Below the pieces are notes generated by a model that saw nothing but the letters and a program-made list of their open reading frames with translations, was not told where the DNA came from and searched no databases. This document shows positions 1 through 10,150 of a DNA stretch of 23,317 nucleotides, piece by piece (the first letter of the stretch is position 1; the number at the start of each line of letters is the position of its first letter). The translations under genes and the position numbers were made by a program. Location of the stretch: sequence record SRR31156797_2750; one strand, 5' to 3'.

Positions 1-713
1 ATAATCCGGACCTCATACAAGATGCACACGATGTTGAAGTAGAGACCTCCTATGGCTCCCCTTCTGCTCCGCTTAAGGTAGGAACAATTGCAGGGAAAGA
101 AGTTGTTCTGCTTGCACGACATGGTCGGGAACACACAATTCCACCTACTTTCGTAAACTATCGTGCTAACATTCAGGCGCTGAAGAACGCTGGCTGCTCG
201 TTAATTCTTGCGACAACCGCCTGTGGCTCTTTGCGTGCTGGAATTGACCGTGGACACCTTGTTATTCTTGATCAATTTATTGATTTTACTCGCCGCAGAC
301 CGGTCTCTTTTTATGAAGAATTTGAACCGCATGGAGCTGTTCATACCGGTATGGCTGACCCCTTTGATAAAACTTTGCGTGGTGTATTCAATCAGGCATG
401 CGACTCTCTTGATCTCACACACCACAAGACAGGTACTGTCATTACCATTGAAGGTTCTCGATTTTCCACTCGGGCGGAATCCAACATGTTTCGCATGTGG
501 GGTGCCGATGTAATCAACATGTCTGTCGCACCCGAATGCATACTCGCCAATGAGGCCGGTGTTCCTTATGCCGCAGTAGCCATGTCCACTGATTACGATT
601 GTTGGAAGACTGATGAAGCCCCTGTGACTTGGGAAGAAATCCTTGAAGTTTTTCAGGGAAATGTGGAAAAAGTTACTTCTTTGCTTGTCGAAGTTATTAA
701 AAATATAGATTGA
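1..713 (+). CDS. mtnP: S-methyl-5'-thioadenosine phosphorylase (5' end outside window)
   Basis: Frame 3 is open from base 3 (NPDLIQDAHDVEVETSYGSPS...LLARHGREHTIPPTFVNYRANIQALK...TTACGSLR) into ORF 231..713. It carries the MTAP-type motifs LARHG, VNYRANI, TIEGSRFSTRAES, GADVINM and MSTDYDCW. Confidence 0.9.
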   Translation, partial: NPDLIQDAHDVEVETSYGSPSAPLKVGTIAGKEVVLLARHGREHTIPPTFVNYRANIQALKNAGCSLILATTACGSLRAGIDRGHLVILDQFIDFTRRRPVSFYEEFEPHGAVHTGMADPFDKTLRGVFNQACDSLDLTHHKTGTVITIEGSRFSTRAESNMFRMWGADVINMSVAPECILANEAGVPYAAVAMSTDYDCWKTDEAPVTWEEILEVFQGNVEKVTSLLVEVIKNID

Positions 714-718
714 TTTTA

Positions 719-2068
719 ATGAATACGAATCAAACCACTGTATCCGTTCCAACCAAATGTGATCTGCTTGTTCGAGCAGATGTAGTTGTTACACAGGATG
801 CGGACCGTCGGGTTATTACTGGTGCCGGCGTAGCTGTCACCGATGGCCTTGTCGTAGAAGTCGCTGAATATAATGAACTTGAAGCCAAATTCCAACCGAC
901 TCAACGATTGGATATGTCTGGCAAAATGCTTATGCCTGGACTTGTCAACGGACATACGCATTTACCCATGACGCTTTTTCGCGGTTATGCCGATGATCTA
1001 CCACTCATGGAATGGCTTGAAGATCATATCTGGCCCGTGGAATTCCAATTAACCGATGAAATTCTCACCATCGGAGCAGACATTGGTTGTTGTGAGCTAA
1101 TCAAGACTGGCTGCACCGCTTTCCTTAATGGCTATTTTCACGAGTATGTCACTGGTGACGCGGCCAATGCAGCCGGTTTGCGAGCGGTTTTAGGCGAAGG
1201 TTTCTTTCATTTCCCTTCACCGCATTTCCCCACGGCCAATGATTGCTGGGATACAATACGCACCTTGAATGCCCGCTATGATAAAAATCCCCGCATACGA
1301 ACGGCAGTCACCCCACATGCCGCGTTCACCGTTAACCCAGATGAATTACAGGCCAGCTTTGAACTGGCGATTGACCTGGACATTCCGTGGCAGGTGCATC
1401 TGGCTGAATCTTCTGTAGAAACATCTGTCTGTCTGGAGAAGCATGGTAAGCGCCCTGTGGAACTCCTCCGCTCTCTTGGCTTGTTGACATCAAGAACCAC
1501 CCTTCATCATTGTGTTGATGTAACGGATGATGAGATCGCGCTTCTTGCTGATAATGACGTGAATGTCGTTCATAATCCGGCTTCCAATCTCAAATTGTGT
1601 TCAGGCCTTTCGCCGGTACAAAAGATGGTGGATGCAGGAGTGACGGTTGGCTTGGGAACTGATGGGGCTTCAAGTAATAATCAATTGAATATGTTTCGTG
1701 ATATGGCTTTGGCGGCTTTGATAGGCAAAGTCCGTCATGAGGATGCTTCGGCAGTAAACGCACAAACCGCTCTTGATATGGCAACTATCAATTCAGCCCG
1801 TTGTCTCGGTTGGCCTGAACTTGGACGTATCGAAGAGGGGTGCCCGGCGGACATGATTGCACTTGATCTAGGCAGTCCAAATCTTATGCCAATGTTCTCG
1901 CCTGTCTCTCATGCCGTATATGCGGCAACAGGCATGGAAGTGTGCATGACCATGGTCGCTGGGAAAATTCTCTATCTTTATGGAGATTTCAGAACTATCG
2001 ACGTGCAAGCCTTGCGAGACAACGCTTTTAGTGCGGTTGAGTGGGTTCGATCCAAGGCGAAAAAATAA
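719..2068 (+). CDS. mtaD: Amidohydrolase, MTA/SAH deaminase (MtaD/DadD) family
   Basis: Motifs PGLVNGHTHLPM (HxH), LMEWL, PHA, VHLAES, HNPASNLKL, GTDGASSNN; lies next to mtnP. ATG at 719 chosen over the TTG at 710. Exact substrate is inferred. Confidence 0.8.
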   Translation: MNTNQTTVSVPTKCDLLVRADVVVTQDADRRVITGAGVAVTDGLVVEVAEYNELEAKFQPTQRLDMSGKMLMPGLVNGHTHLPMTLFRGYADDLPLMEWLEDHIWPVEFQLTDEILTIGADIGCCELIKTGCTAFLNGYFHEYVTGDAANAAGLRAVLGEGFFHFPSPHFPTANDCWDTIRTLNARYDKNPRIRTAVTPHAAFTVNPDELQASFELAIDLDIPWQVHLAESSVETSVCLEKHGKRPVELLRSLGLLTSRTTLHHCVDVTDDEIALLADNDVNVVHNPASNLKLCSGLSPVQKMVDAGVTVGLGTDGASSNNQLNMFRDMALAALIGKVRHEDASAVNAQTALDMATINSARCLGWPELGRIEEGCPADMIALDLGSPNLMPMFSPVSHAVYAATGMEVCMTMVAGKILYLYGDFRTIDVQALRDNAFSAVEWVRSKAKK

Positions 2069-2087
2069 AAAAAATGTCGTAAAAAAC

Positions 2088-2115
2088 TTGACAACACCCA
2101 CTCCGGGTGCATATC
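2088..2115 (+). promoter_or_regulatory. Candidate sigma70 promoter of the PxxKW gene
   Basis: Perfect TTGACA at 2088-2093 preceded by an A-tract; only a weak -10 (CATATC at 2110-2115). Confidence 0.45.
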
Positions 2116-2197
2116 GAATTCTGCTCTTGCATTAATATGAAATTTTTATGCCGCTGGCATCCCGTGAGCCGCATTATTTTTAGGAGGAAGGCACCAA

Positions 2198-2485
2198 ATG
2201 GCCAAAAAGAAAGTTACCGTTTCCTTGGAAGGCGCTGTCATGACCGATGAAGGTCTGAGCTACAAGGGCGTTATTATGGAACCCATTGATGAAAAATGTG
2301 AAGGTTGCGAACGTATTGTCACATTTGAAGACAAGAAATACTGCCCGACTTACGCACAGCCCACGACCAAGTGGAGCAAAGGCGTCTGCAATTTCGCCAC
2401 TCATGCCCGTGCAGAAGTTGACAAGGCCGGCAAGGTCAAGGTCAACCCGCTGAAGGCTTCCAAGCGCGCTGCTCGCGGCCGCTAG
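2198..2485 (+). CDS. PxxKW-family small cysteine-rich protein
   Basis: SD AGGAGG upstream. 95 aa with CEGC...C...PTTKW...CNFATH and a basic tail NPLKASKRAARGR. Has its own terminator. Confidence 0.85.
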   Translation: MAKKKVTVSLEGAVMTDEGLSYKGVIMEPIDEKCEGCERIVTFEDKKYCPTYAQPTTKWSKGVCNFATHARAEVDKAGKVKVNPLKASKRAARGR

Positions 2486-2497
2486 GCTAAAGTTCTT

Positions 2498-2531
2498 AAA
2501 AAAAGGCGGGGCAAGTCCCCGCCTTTTTTTT
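2498..2531 (+). terminator. Intrinsic terminator (potentially bidirectional)
   Basis: A7-GGCGGGG-CAAGT-CCCCGCC-T8. Confidence 0.9.
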
Positions 2532-2586
2532 GTTTGTATGAATCGTATTTTGGACTATTTTATTGAAAATGAACCGGAGGCCCCAC

Positions 2587-3810
2587 ATGGACGCTCTCTT
2601 TTCCGAACTGGACAAACAGTCTGAAGCCGTTGTCGAACTGCAAACTAAGCTTACTGCTATTCCTGCCCTTGGGCCCATGAATGGTGGTGACGGTGAAAAA
2701 GACAAAGCTGATTTTCTGATCGCTCACCTCAAGTCCATGGGTATCGAAGATATCCGCGAGTATAATGCCCCAGCCAAGGACGTTTCCTGCGGTTACCGCC
2801 CGAACGTTGCGGCCATCATTCCTAGCAAAAACACGGAAAAGACCTTGTGGGTCATCTCTCATATCGACATTGTTCCTCCGGGCGACTTGTCTTTGTGGGA
2901 CACTGATCCTTACACGTTGGTACGCGATGGTGATAAAATCATCGGACGAGGCGTTGAGGACAATCAACAGGGTATTGTTTCTTCGCTGCTGACGGCACAG
3001 GCTCTGCTCGATTTGAAAGTTACCCCGGAAGTCAACTACGGCATGATTTTCGTTGCTGACGAAGAGACCGGCAGCGGCTTCGGTTTGGAGTATTTGGTTA
3101 ATGAACATGAAGATATGTTCGCCAAAGACGATCTTTTCCTGGTTCCCGATTTCGGTGAACCTACTTCCGAAATGGTTGAAGTCGCTGAAAAGTCCATGTT
3201 TTGGCTCAAAGTTACTGTTAAGGGCAAACAATGCCACGCATCAACCCCATATCAGGGTGTGAACTCTTTGGTTGCCGCTTCCGATTTCATTCTTCGTATT
3301 AAAGAGCTTGAAAGCATTTATGATGCCGAGAACCCCATTTACGATCCGCCCCGCTCCACATTTCAGCCGACCATGAAAGAGGCAAATGTAGCCAATATCA
3401 ATACTTTGCCTGGCCGTGATGTTTTTTATATCGATAGCCGTGTCATGCCTGAATATGATGTTGAAGAAATCCTGAAGACCATCCGTAGTTTTGGTTCTGA
3501 AGTGGAAAAAACGCATGGCGTAACCATTTCCTATGAGACCGTACAGGCCGAACAGGCGGCTCCCTCCACACCGGTCGATAGCGAAATAGCTGTCAAGGCG
3601 ATCAAATCCATCAAAAAGATTTACAACAACAATCCTCGTACCGTTGGCGTTGGTGGTGGCACTGTTGCTGCTTTCCTGCGCCGTAAAGAGTATCAGGCTG
3701 TTGTCTGGGCTACTTTGAATCATTGCGCTCACCAGCCCAATGAATGGGCCTCCATCAAGAACACCATCAATGATGCCAAAGTCATTGGTGATCTTCTGCT
3801 GACCAAATAA
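2587..3810 (+). CDS. M20 family metallohydrolase (DapE/ArgE-like)
   Basis: SD GGAGG at 2576-2580 before ATG 2587. Motifs SHIDIVP, GRGVEDN, ADEETG, GKQCHAS, AHQPNE. Confidence 0.85.
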   Translation: MDALFSELDKQSEAVVELQTKLTAIPALGPMNGGDGEKDKADFLIAHLKSMGIEDIREYNAPAKDVSCGYRPNVAAIIPSKNTEKTLWVISHIDIVPPGDLSLWDTDPYTLVRDGDKIIGRGVEDNQQGIVSSLLTAQALLDLKVTPEVNYGMIFVADEETGSGFGLEYLVNEHEDMFAKDDLFLVPDFGEPTSEMVEVAEKSMFWLKVTVKGKQCHASTPYQGVNSLVAASDFILRIKELESIYDAENPIYDPPRSTFQPTMKEANVANINTLPGRDVFYIDSRVMPEYDVEEILKTIRSFGSEVEKTHGVTISYETVQAEQAAPSTPVDSEIAVKAIKSIKKIYNNNPRTVGVGGGTVAAFLRRKEYQAVVWATLNHCAHQPNEWASIKNTINDAKVIGDLLLTK

Positions 3811-3827
3811 ACGGATGCGAAAGGCAA

Positions 3828-5711
3828 ATGCAGCGTAAAGCCCCATTTCCAAATCAATTCGATCTCATTGTCGTGGGAGCGGGTCATGCTGGCTGTGAAG
3901 CCGCCATGGCCGCTGCCCGACTTGGGCTTAAAACGCTCCTTTTAACCATCAATGCCGACCGCATTGGTCATTTGTCCTGCAATCCTGCTATCGGCGGATT
4001 GGCCAAGGGACATATGGTCAAAGAAATCGATGCCCTTGGTGGCATGATGGGATTATGGGCTGATGCTGCCGGTATTCAATTCCGTATTCTGAACACCCGC
4101 AAAGGACCAGCCGTTCGATCCAGTCGTGCACAAATTGACCGCACCGAATATATGCGTGTGGTCCAAAAATCCATCTTTGCTCAGGAAAATCTGTGGGTAT
4201 TCCAAGACATAGGTGCTGCCGTGCTTACCAAGGATGGACGAGCCTGCGGAATCCGTACTGAATTGGGTGAGGTATTGCCTTCCCGAGCAGTACTCCTCAC
4301 GACCGGTACATTTCTGCGTGGCCTCATGCATATTGGTTTGGAAAACATCAAGGGCGGTCGTATGGGCGACCCAGCCTCGAATCAGTTGTCTGACAACCTG
4401 CGAGAACTTGGCTTTGATTTGGGACGCCTCAAGACGGGGACTACTCCAAGGCTCTTGAAAGATTCCATTAACTTTGATGTTATGCAGATGCAGGCAGGCG
4501 ATGATCCGCCGATGCCATTTAGCTTTCGTAACACAACAGTCCCGATGCCGCAGGTTCCATGTTATCTGACCTACACCAATGAACAGGCGCACGAAGCCAT
4601 TCGTTCCGGCTTTGATCGTTCCCCTATGTTTACAGGTGTCATCGAAGGAACTGGCGCACGATACTGTCCGTCTATTGAAGATAAGGTTGCTCGCTTTCCA
4701 GAAAAGAATCGCCATCAGATTTTTGTGGAACCGGAAGGTTTAAACAGTCCTGAAATGTATCCAAGCGGTATCCCTACCAGTCTCCCTTTTGATGTGCAGA
4801 AAAAAATGGTTGCCGCCATTGTCGGATTGGAAAATGCACAGATCGTCCGCCCTGGTTATGCCATTGAATACGATTTTGTCCCGCCCACCCAACTTAAGCC
4901 CACGCTAGAGACTAAAAATGTGCCCGGCCTTTATTTTGCCGGACAGATCAATGGCACTTCTGGATACGAAGAGGCTGCAGCGCAGGGACTCTGGGCCGCA
5001 ATCAATGCCGCCAGTCAGCTCCTTGGCCGTGAGCCATTCCTGCTCTCTCGCGATCAGGCCTATATGGCCGTGCTTGTGGACGACCTTGTCACCAAAGGAA
5101 CTGAAGAGCCGTATCGTATGTTTACCTCTCGCGCCGAACACAGACTTTTGCTTCGAGAAGGGAATGCGGATGAACGACTGACCTCCATTGGTCGAAATCT
5201 TGGTCTTGTCGATGATGATCATTGGAACATTTACACCACCAAGCAGGAGCAACTGCAGTCCACACTCAAAGCCTTGCGTTCCATTCGCATTCGTCCTGAC
5301 GCGCCGACTCGTGCGATTATACAGGAAATCGGAGCCTCGGTACCAGGGAAGGCCGTTGAGCTTGCTGCCTTGTTGCGCCAACCACAAATGACTATTGAGC
5401 AATTGGAAGTTTTTTATCCAGCTATTGCCGACTTGGATCAAGTGGTCCTGCGTGAAGCTGAAACTCAAATTCGTTACGAAGGATATCTTGTCAAACAGGC
5501 AGAACTCGTCACCAAGTTCAAATCCATGGAGAACGTCGCTCTACCGTCTGACCTTGATTATTCCAAAGTTTCAGGTTTAACGCGTGAAGTTGTGGAAAAA
5601 TTATCTTCAGTTCAGCCAATGACATTGGGACAGGCTGGACGCATATCCGGCATTACTCCTGCCGCACTGACCTGCCTTGAGGTCCATCTCAAAAAAATCG
5701 GACTCTTGTAA
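3828..5711 (+). CDS. mnmG: tRNA uridine-5-carboxymethylaminomethyl(34) synthesis enzyme MnmG (GidA)
   Basis: [71 protein letters not shown]. Confidence 0.98.
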   Translation: MQRKAPFPNQFDLIVVGAGHAGCEAAMAAARLGLKTLLLTINADRIGHLSCNPAIGGLAKGHMVKEIDALGGMMGLWADAAGIQFRILNTRKGPAVRSSRAQIDRTEYMRVVQKSIFAQENLWVFQDIGAAVLTKDGRACGIRTELGEVLPSRAVLLTTGTFLRGLMHIGLENIKGGRMGDPASNQLSDNLRELGFDLGRLKTGTTPRLLKDSINFDVMQMQAGDDPPMPFSFRNTTVPMPQVPCYLTYTNEQAHEAIRSGFDRSPMFTGVIEGTGARYCPSIEDKVARFPEKNRHQIFVEPEGLNSPEMYPSGIPTSLPFDVQKKMVAAIVGLENAQIVRPGYAIEYDFVPPTQLKPTLETKNVPGLYFAGQINGTSGYEEAAAQGLWAAINAASQLLGREPFLLSRDQAYMAVLVDDLVTKGTEEPYRMFTSRAEHRLLLREGNADERLTSIGRNLGLVDDDHWNIYTTKQEQLQSTLKALRSIRIRPDAPTRAIIQEIGASVPGKAVELAALLRQPQMTIEQLEVFYPAIADLDQVVLREAETQIRYEGYLVKQAELVTKFKSMENVALPSDLDYSKVSGLTREVVEKLSSVQPMTLGQAGRISGITPAALTCLEVHLKKIGLL

Positions 5712-5732
5712 TCAAAGCGTTAGTTCGTTGTA

Positions 5733-5761
5733 TTGACAGTGAGTGACTCTCTGTCTAAATA
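5733..5761 (+). promoter_or_regulatory. Candidate sigma70 promoter with overlapping 21-bp palindrome
   Basis: TTGACA at 5733-5738 with an AT-rich -10 region near 5756-5765. Dyad GACAGTGAGT-G-ACTCTCTGTC at 5735-5755. Confidence 0.45.
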
Positions 5762-5844
5762 TAAAGAATACGATGAACTGATCGCAGTTGCGTGATTTCA
5801 TCAATATTTTAACGTATTGCCAACCCACCTCAAGGAGTCTGATC

Positions 5845-6666
5845 TTGGACGAAGGATCTGACAGTCGGTTTTTTACCATTTTTAAAAAACTATTCGGCAC
5901 GAACGGCCAGCAAATTGAGGAACATATCCTTGAAGCCAAAGCGGACGGCGAGCTTGAAAGCGATGAAGTTTCCATGCTGCTCAATGTTTTGGAACTTGAC
6001 GAAAAACAGGTCAAGGAAATCATGGTTCCACGTACGGACATGGTTTGTGCCGAAACCGACAGCACGGTAAAAGCAGTCGCCGATCTCATTGCCAATCAGG
6101 GTGCCCATTCCCGTATTCCCATATTCAAAGAGACCAAAGATCATATTCTTGGCTTGGTCCATGCTAAAGATCTTTTGGAACCACTTCTGCAAGGAATGGA
6201 TGACACATCTGTAGATGGACTTATGCGTCCGGCTTTTTTTGTCCACGAGGGAAAACCATTGGATGAAGTCCTGGCTATTCTCAAACAGGAAAAGCTCCAC
6301 ATGGCTATCGTGCAGGACGAATACGGCGGAACATCTGGTATGGTCACCATGGAAGATGTTCTGGAAGAAATTGTCGGCGAAATCGCGGATGAATATGACC
6401 AAGAACGTCCTATAGAAATTCAGGAACTTCCTGATGGAGCATATATTGTCTCCGGCCGTGTGCCTCTGGATGAAATCAGTGAACGATGTTCTCTGGATCT
6501 TGAAAGCGAAGATGTGGATTCCATTGGTGGATACATTGCCGACATGGCAGGTCGTATCCCGGAACAAGGAGAATTCTACACTTTCGACAACAGACGATTT
6601 ACGGTCCTTGAGGCCGATGAGCGACAAATCTGGTCTATCAAAATCGAACCTCTCGCACACGAGTAA
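5845..6666 (+). CDS. corC: CBS-pair plus CorC/HlyC domain protein (YbeX/CorC-like)
   Basis: AAGGAG at 5832-5837 before in-frame TTG 5845. Motifs VKEIMVPRTDM, HSRIPI, AIVQDEYGGTSGMVTMEDVLEEIVGEIADEYD. Directly upstream of lnt, like ybeX-lnt. Confidence 0.85.
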   Translation: MDEGSDSRFFTIFKKLFGTNGQQIEEHILEAKADGELESDEVSMLLNVLELDEKQVKEIMVPRTDMVCAETDSTVKAVADLIANQGAHSRIPIFKETKDHILGLVHAKDLLEPLLQGMDDTSVDGLMRPAFFVHEGKPLDEVLAILKQEKLHMAIVQDEYGGTSGMVTMEDVLEEIVGEIADEYDQERPIEIQELPDGAYIVSGRVPLDEISERCSLDLESEDVDSIGGYIADMAGRIPEQGEFYTFDNRRFTVLEADERQIWSIKIEPLAHE

Positions 6667-6669
6667 GCT

Positions 6670-8187
6670 GTGTTAACACTGGTCCTTATCGCTACTGTCG
6701 GTGCGTGGATAGGTTTTGCCAATTCCGTGTTCCATTTCCCTCTAGCCGCATTAGCCTTTCCTTTAGGACTTGCCTGGATTGGACTTCGGGCTACATCCTG
6801 GAAAAAGGCTCTCAAATACAGTTGGCTGGCCGGGACATTGGCTGCCATGGGTTGCTATTATTGGATGGTTATTCCTGTCCAGATATATGGCGGACTTCCA
6901 TGGTTTATAGCTCTCCCCTGTCCGGTTTTATTAGCTGCCTTCATGAGCCTTTATTTTGGTTTGTTTTCAGTGGGCATGTACCACGCAGGCAAACAAATTG
7001 ACGGCATCCCATTATGTTTATTGGCAGGTTTTTCCTGGGCAACTATGGAAATGCTTATGGGAACATTATTTTCAGGCTTTCCATGGATCAATCTGTCTTC
7101 TGCATTCGCCACGTGGCCTTTTGCCATTCAAGGCGCGTCTGTACTCGGAGCCTATGGCCTTTCCGGCGTATTTGCGATGTTGGCAGTGGCTTTACTGCTT
7201 TACAGCACATATAAAAGCACTCTCTGGTTTGCTATAGGATTGACTGTTTGCCTAACGGTGTTTGGTTTCTATAGGATAACGACTTTTGATACCGGCGTAT
7301 CGAGTTTCCCAATTTCTCTGATTCAAGGAAACGTTGATCAAGGGAAAAAGTGGGTGCCATCTTATCAGGCTTCAACCGTCAAGAAATACAGCAAGCTGAC
7401 CTTGGAGGCCATGCGCAACCATAAGTCTGTTTTGGCTATCTGGCCCGAAACTGCCATGCCATTTTATTTGCAAAATATGACTCCACTGCGCAAAGGTGTT
7501 GAAATATTGGCCAGAGAAGCCAAGATCAATATTATTACAGGATCTCCGGCGTATCATGTGACCAACATGAAAAAGAATAATTACGTGCTCTACAACCGGG
7601 CATGGCTTATGGATACAACGGGAAGAACAACTCAGCACTACGATAAAGAACACCTTGTTCCATTTGGTGAATATATGCCTTTCGAAGAATGGATGCCGTT
7701 TGAAAAGCTCGTTCAGGCTGCTGGTAATTTTCTTCCTGGCACAGACAATCATCCGCTCAAAGTGAATGGCGTTGCTCTTGGAGTACTCATTTGTTATGAA
7801 GCCATATTCCCTGATTTAGCGCAAAAACAGGTTGAACGAGGGGCAAGCGTTCTGGTGAATATCAGTAATGACGCATGGTTTGGAAACACCTCGGCCCCAC
7901 AACAACACCTCAATTTATCAATCATGCGCGCCGTTGAACAAGGCCGTTGGCTGGCAAGAAGCACCAATACCGGCATTTCTGCATTTGTTGATCCTGTTGG
8001 TCGAATTGCAACTATGGGAAATCAATTTCAAGCTGAAAGTTTGAGTTTGAGCATTGCACCTTTGAACAAAACGACTGTGTATCATCAAATAGTTGGCTGG
8101 CTAACCTTCTTTATTTACACCATGACCATTGCTGCATTCGGATTTATCGGCTACACAGCCTTTCGACATAAAGGAAAAATTGAATAA
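6670..8187 (+). CDS. lnt: Apolipoprotein N-acyltransferase
   Basis: Multi-TM N-terminus with GFPW; nitrilase-domain motifs QGN, WPETA, YDKEHLVPFGEY, ICYEAIF, NISNDAWFG, RSTNTGIS. Confidence 0.97.
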   Translation: MLTLVLIATVGAWIGFANSVFHFPLAALAFPLGLAWIGLRATSWKKALKYSWLAGTLAAMGCYYWMVIPVQIYGGLPWFIALPCPVLLAAFMSLYFGLFSVGMYHAGKQIDGIPLCLLAGFSWATMEMLMGTLFSGFPWINLSSAFATWPFAIQGASVLGAYGLSGVFAMLAVALLLYSTYKSTLWFAIGLTVCLTVFGFYRITTFDTGVSSFPISLIQGNVDQGKKWVPSYQASTVKKYSKLTLEAMRNHKSVLAIWPETAMPFYLQNMTPLRKGVEILAREAKINIITGSPAYHVTNMKKNNYVLYNRAWLMDTTGRTTQHYDKEHLVPFGEYMPFEEWMPFEKLVQAAGNFLPGTDNHPLKVNGVALGVLICYEAIFPDLAQKQVERGASVLVNISNDAWFGNTSAPQQHLNLSIMRAVEQGRWLARSTNTGISAFVDPVGRIATMGNQFQAESLSLSIAPLNKTTVYHQIVGWLTFFIYTMTIAAFGFIGYTAFRHKGKIE

Positions 8188-9306
8188 TGTTTGAATATCC
8201 TGAACTTAAAGCTGCTTCCCAAGACCTTCTTGGCCAATTCGAAACCCTTTGGGGGCGTCTTTGACTACGTCCAGACCAAAGAACGACTCGACGCTATAGA
8301 AATAGAACTTTCCAAGCCCGGCGCGTGGGATAAGCCTGAAGCACTTACCCCTGTGCTCAAAGAAAAAAGTCAACTTTCCACCAAGCTTGGCATGTATGAC
8401 GCGCTGTCGGAGGCCAAAGAAGATCTTGAGGCATGGCTTGAATTGGCTCAAGAATCGCCCGACGACGAATCCTTGACGGCTTTGGATGGCCAGGTGTCCT
8501 TGTTGAGAGAACGACTGGCAGGGACGGAATTGGCGACAATGTTCGCCTTTGAGCATGATAAAAGCAATGCCATTCTTGAAATCCATCCTGGAGCTGGTGG
8601 CGTAGAATCGCAAGATTGGGCGGAAATGCTCCTTCGCATGTACAATCGTTATGCGGAACGCAAAGGATTCAAGGTCTCTCAACTCGACTTTCAGGCCGGA
8701 GATGAAGCAGGAATTAAATCCGTTACCCTTCAAATCGAAGGCTTGTTTGCCTACGGGTTACTTAAAGGCGAAGCTGGCGTACATCGTCTGATACGCATCT
8801 CACCTTTTGATTCATCAGGTCGACGTCATACGTCTTTTGCATCGGTGGATGTTTATCCCGATATGGACGATGATATTGAAATCGAAGTCAAAGATGAAGA
8901 TATACGAATAGACACTTTTCGTTCGAGTGGCCCCGGTGGACAATCAGTCAACAAAACCAGTTCTGCTGTCCGAATCACACATATCCCCACTGGTATTGTA
9001 GCTCAATGTCAGAATGAAAAATCACAACACAGAAATAAGGCTACAGCTTTACGTTTGTTAAAAGCGCGACTCTATGAGCAAGAGTTGAAAAAGATTGAAG
9101 AAAGCCGCAGGCAGGATTATCAGGCCAAGGAAGCCATAGCCTGGGGAAGTCAGATACGCACTTATACGCTCCAACCTTATCGTTTGGTCAAAGACCACCG
9201 GTCCAACAGTGAAAGCGGCAATGTTGACGCATTTTTGGACGGAGATCTGGACGAAATGATCCGAAACCACCTACTCTATATCCATGCCCAAGGAAAAAAA
9301 GATTAA
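8187..9306 (+). CDS. prfB: Peptide chain release factor 2, expressed via +1 programmed frameshift
   Basis: ATG 8187 overlaps the lnt TAA and reads MFEYPELKAASQDLLGQFETLWGRL, then CTT TGA C (8259-8265); the +1 frame continues DYVQTKERL... with SPF and GGQ motifs. About 372 aa. Confidence 0.97.
8250..8265 (+). other. RF2 +1 frameshift cassette
   Basis: TGGGGG-CGT-CTT-TGA-C: internal SD-like G run, 3-nt spacer, then the canonical CTT TGA C. Confidence 0.95.
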
Positions 9307-10138
9307 TTTCCCTGAACAGGAACTCGCTACTGAACTTTCTGAACTTCAGAAAGAACTGTGTAGCCTTTCCCAGTCTTGCCTAGGCAAGCTCGATACAGAT
9401 GCAGTCTGGATTTTTCGACTTTTTGAAGGAGTTACTCCGGAAGAATGGGACGATCTATCCGCAAAGCATGATTTGCAACAGTGGTTAACCATGCCCATCG
9501 ACGGAGATGCTTTTCCTCAACTCAAAAAACTACAGAAAACGCTGGAAAATTTATCGTATCAAACCGACCATGATGCCTTAACTGGTTTGGCGAACCGACG
9601 GGCTTTCGATCGTATTCTTGATATTGAAATGGAACGATCAAAACGAGCCAAGACCCCACTGTCTCTCGCAATTTTCGATCTCGACAACTTCAAATCTGTC
9701 AATGACACTTATGGTCATACCAAAGGCGATGAGGTGTTAGCACGCTTTGCCGAGCACCTGCAGGCTTCAACCAGGCGATATGATTTGGCTTCCCGTTTTG
9801 GAGGAGAGGAATTTGCCTTGATTATGGCAGGTTCCGGTGTGGTCAAGGCGACACAACTTTTGAATCGTTTGCTTAAGGAATTTAAGGAAATAGAATTCTA
9901 TTCTTCAGATGGAGAAACTTCCTTCAATGTGACATGTTCCGCAGGGTTAACCTGTTTCAAGGGAACGATGGACATGACAGAAAAACAACTCATCGATCTG
10001 GCTGACGAGGCCCTCTATGAAGCGAAATCGTCCGGTAAAGATCAGGTGAAAGTATCCAAACTGCCCTTTGTGGACAATGTACCAAACGCCACCCTTGTCC
10101 AGGCAAATGAAAAGCAATTCCTGTTCGGCGGGAAATAA
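9284..10138 (+). CDS. GGDEF-domain diguanylate cyclase
   Basis: DALTGLANRR, DLDNFKSVNDTYGH, RRYD (RxxD I-site), SRFGGEEF, ADEALYEAK. Overlaps the prfB 3' end by 23 nt. Confidence 0.92.
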   Translation: MPKEKKINFPEQELATELSELQKELCSLSQSCLGKLDTDAVWIFRLFEGVTPEEWDDLSAKHDLQQWLTMPIDGDAFPQLKKLQKTLENLSYQTDHDALTGLANRRAFDRILDIEMERSKRAKTPLSLAIFDLDNFKSVNDTYGHTKGDEVLARFAEHLQASTRRYDLASRFGGEEFALIMAGSGVVKATQLLNRLLKEFKEIEFYSSDGETSFNVTCSAGLTCFKGTMDMTEKQLIDLADEALYEAKSSGKDQVKVSKLPFVDNVPNATLVQANEKQFLFGGK

Positions 10139-10150
10139 CGGAGACAGGCC

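Noticed and set aside
2560-6660. Long minus-strand ORFs (2560..3237, 3241..3852, 4053..4715, 4905..5468, 5890..6660)
   Set aside because: All lie opposite well-supported genes and lack recognisable motifs.
8191-8262. ORF-track N-terminus MNILNLK... of prfB
   Set aside because: Wrong frame before the frameshift; the real start is ATG 8187.
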